In this document: piece by piece, positions 62,918 to 64,000 of the stretch
Numbering within the stretch: position 1 is the stretch's first letter
Layout of the letters: each line of letters starts with the position of its first letter
NCBI RefSeq assembly: GCF_006345805.1
Contig: NC_043015.1
Location: 48,174,001-48,238,000, forward strand
Length of the DNA stretch: 64,000 nt
Direction: 5' to 3'
DNA from: Octopus sinensis
Lineage: Eukaryota
Notes under the pieces: generated by a model
The model's input: only the letters and a program-made list of their open reading frames with translations
The model's database searches: none
Told to the model about the DNA's origin: nothing
Translations under genes and position numbers: made by a program

Positions 62918-63136
62918 TAATAATGATGATGATGATGATGATGACGATGACGACGACGACAACAACAACAACAACATCGAAAAATACCTTAGGAATGAGA
63001 ACCCAGGTTCGAAATTTTCCCGAGACACCTGAAGAAGGCTGGAGGGTATTTCAGGCGAAATGTTGTGTTAACAACAAACGAGATGAGGACAAATATCTGT
63101 TGAATGTAAATAATGTAAATAATGTAAATAATGCAC
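62698..63136. mobile_element. Second Penelope-like inverted-repeat element (arms ~62698-62849 and ~62974-63136) with a trinucleotide microsatellite spacer
   Basis: Arms are diverged reverse complements sharing AAAAATACCTTAGGAATGAGAACC...GACACCT(G/A)AAGAAGGCT...GAAA...AACAACAAAC.AGATGA.GACAAATATCTGTTGAATGTAAATAATG. Confidence 0.7.
63024..63069 (+). ncRNA. Minimal type I hammerhead ribozyme motif (slightly degenerate)
   Basis: GACAC-CTGAAGA-A-GGCTGGA..TTCAGGC-GAAA-TG-TT-GTGTT. Helix I is GACAC/GTGTT, helix II has one mismatch, helix III has no loop. Confidence 0.55.
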
Positions 63137-63277
63137 ATAATTCCTCATCTCTTAAATATAGAACTGCACCTGTGTAGTATTGTCAACTTTGAAAATTTAA
63201 ACATGTGCTTCTTGTTTGCTTAATTTCCATTGACTTCTATTCTCATTGATACATTAAGATACAATATCATCTTGCAG

Positions 63278-63448
63278 AAATGGTGGATGGATTTTGGATA
63301 ATTTCCCATTAACTCAAGAACACTGGCAGTTGTGTTCAGACTTTAATTTAATCCCAGACACTGTCATTTGTTTGATTGATACATCAGATCAATGGAGTTG
63401 GTTAATGCATCAATGGGCAGAACATTTCTTTGCTACTGTCAAACACAG
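63278..63448 (+). CDS. AK9: AK9 exon 15 (NGGWILDNFPLTQEHWQLCSDFNLIPDTVICLID...)
   Basis: TTGCAG/GTTTGT boundaries; GGWI.DN.P and IPD.VI motifs of the second AK domain. Confidence 0.92.
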
Positions 63449-63786
63449 GTTTGTATAAGTTTAAAAGTCTTTTACATTTGTTTCCAATTTCAAACTTTGG
63501 CACAAGGCCAGCAATTCCAGGGAAGGAGGTAAGTTGATTACAATGGGTTCTTCTGCCCAGCTTAATTCCATATGTTCAGCTGTTCTGCTAACTTATATAA
63601 AATATTTACAGTATAGGCACAGGAATGGCTGTGTGGTAAGTAGCTTGCTAACCAACCACATGGTTGCGGGTTCAGTCCCACTGCTTGACATCTTGGGCAA
63701 GTGTCTTCTGCTATATCCCCGGGCCGACCAATGCCTTGTGAGAGGATTTGGTAGACGGAAACTGAAAGAAGCCTGTCGTATATATG

Positions 63787-63823
<37 letters not shown>

Positions 63824-64000
63824 TTGTGTGTCTGTGTTTGTCCCCCTAGCATTGCTTGACAACCGATGCTGGTGTGTTTACGTCCCCGTCACTTAGCGGT
63901 TCGGCAAAAGAGATTTTGAGGATCTGATCAAAGACATTGCAATTCAAAAAAGTAGGAGGAAACTTTTCAAATATAAATAAAGTGGAAGTATACAAAAATA

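Larger units (their letters stand above)
13445..63448 (+). other. AK9: AK9 gene span (15 coding exons seen; gene continues past the window end)
   Basis: Exon lengths 28,176,121,150,113,108,165,75,233,181,148,44,142,226,171 join with consistent phases and no stop. The translation resembles vertebrate AK9 as I recall it (FLKSKPTCFVIFGKPGAGKT; WKRSRWSRFCPVSL; NPRPYLL..P.PPCK; GGWILDNFP). Confidence 0.9.

Overview
Repeat-dense, AT-rich metazoan genomic DNA, most likely an octopus or other coleoid cephalopod. The taxon is inferred from the tRNA-SINE and microsatellite landscape and was not database-checked. Almost all ORFs in the supplied track are repeat or microsatellite artefacts. The one host gene supported is adenylate kinase 9 (AK9) on the + strand: 15 exons from 13445 to 63448, continuing beyond the window, with GT/AG boundaries whose phases chain into one open frame of about 693 codons containing two P-loops. 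The proposed 28-nt first coding exon sits just behind an RFX X-box. Introns and flanks hold several tRNA-headed SINE families (my labels A-D), RTE, CR1 and Tx1/L1 LINE fragments, non-autonomous Helitrons, TTAA piggyBac-type and TA-type MITEs, probable solo LTRs, and mini/microsatellites born from these elements. Most notable: (1) at least three families of minimal type I hammerhead-ribozyme motifs typical of Penelope-like elements, two arranged as long inverted repeats with a ribozyme on each strand inside AK9 introns; (2) a SINE+CR1 chimeric insertion flanked by one 12-bp target-site duplication that splits an older RT at its catalytic motif; (3) a perfectly phased 7-unit heat-shock element next to a CRE and a 46-bp perfect palindrome.
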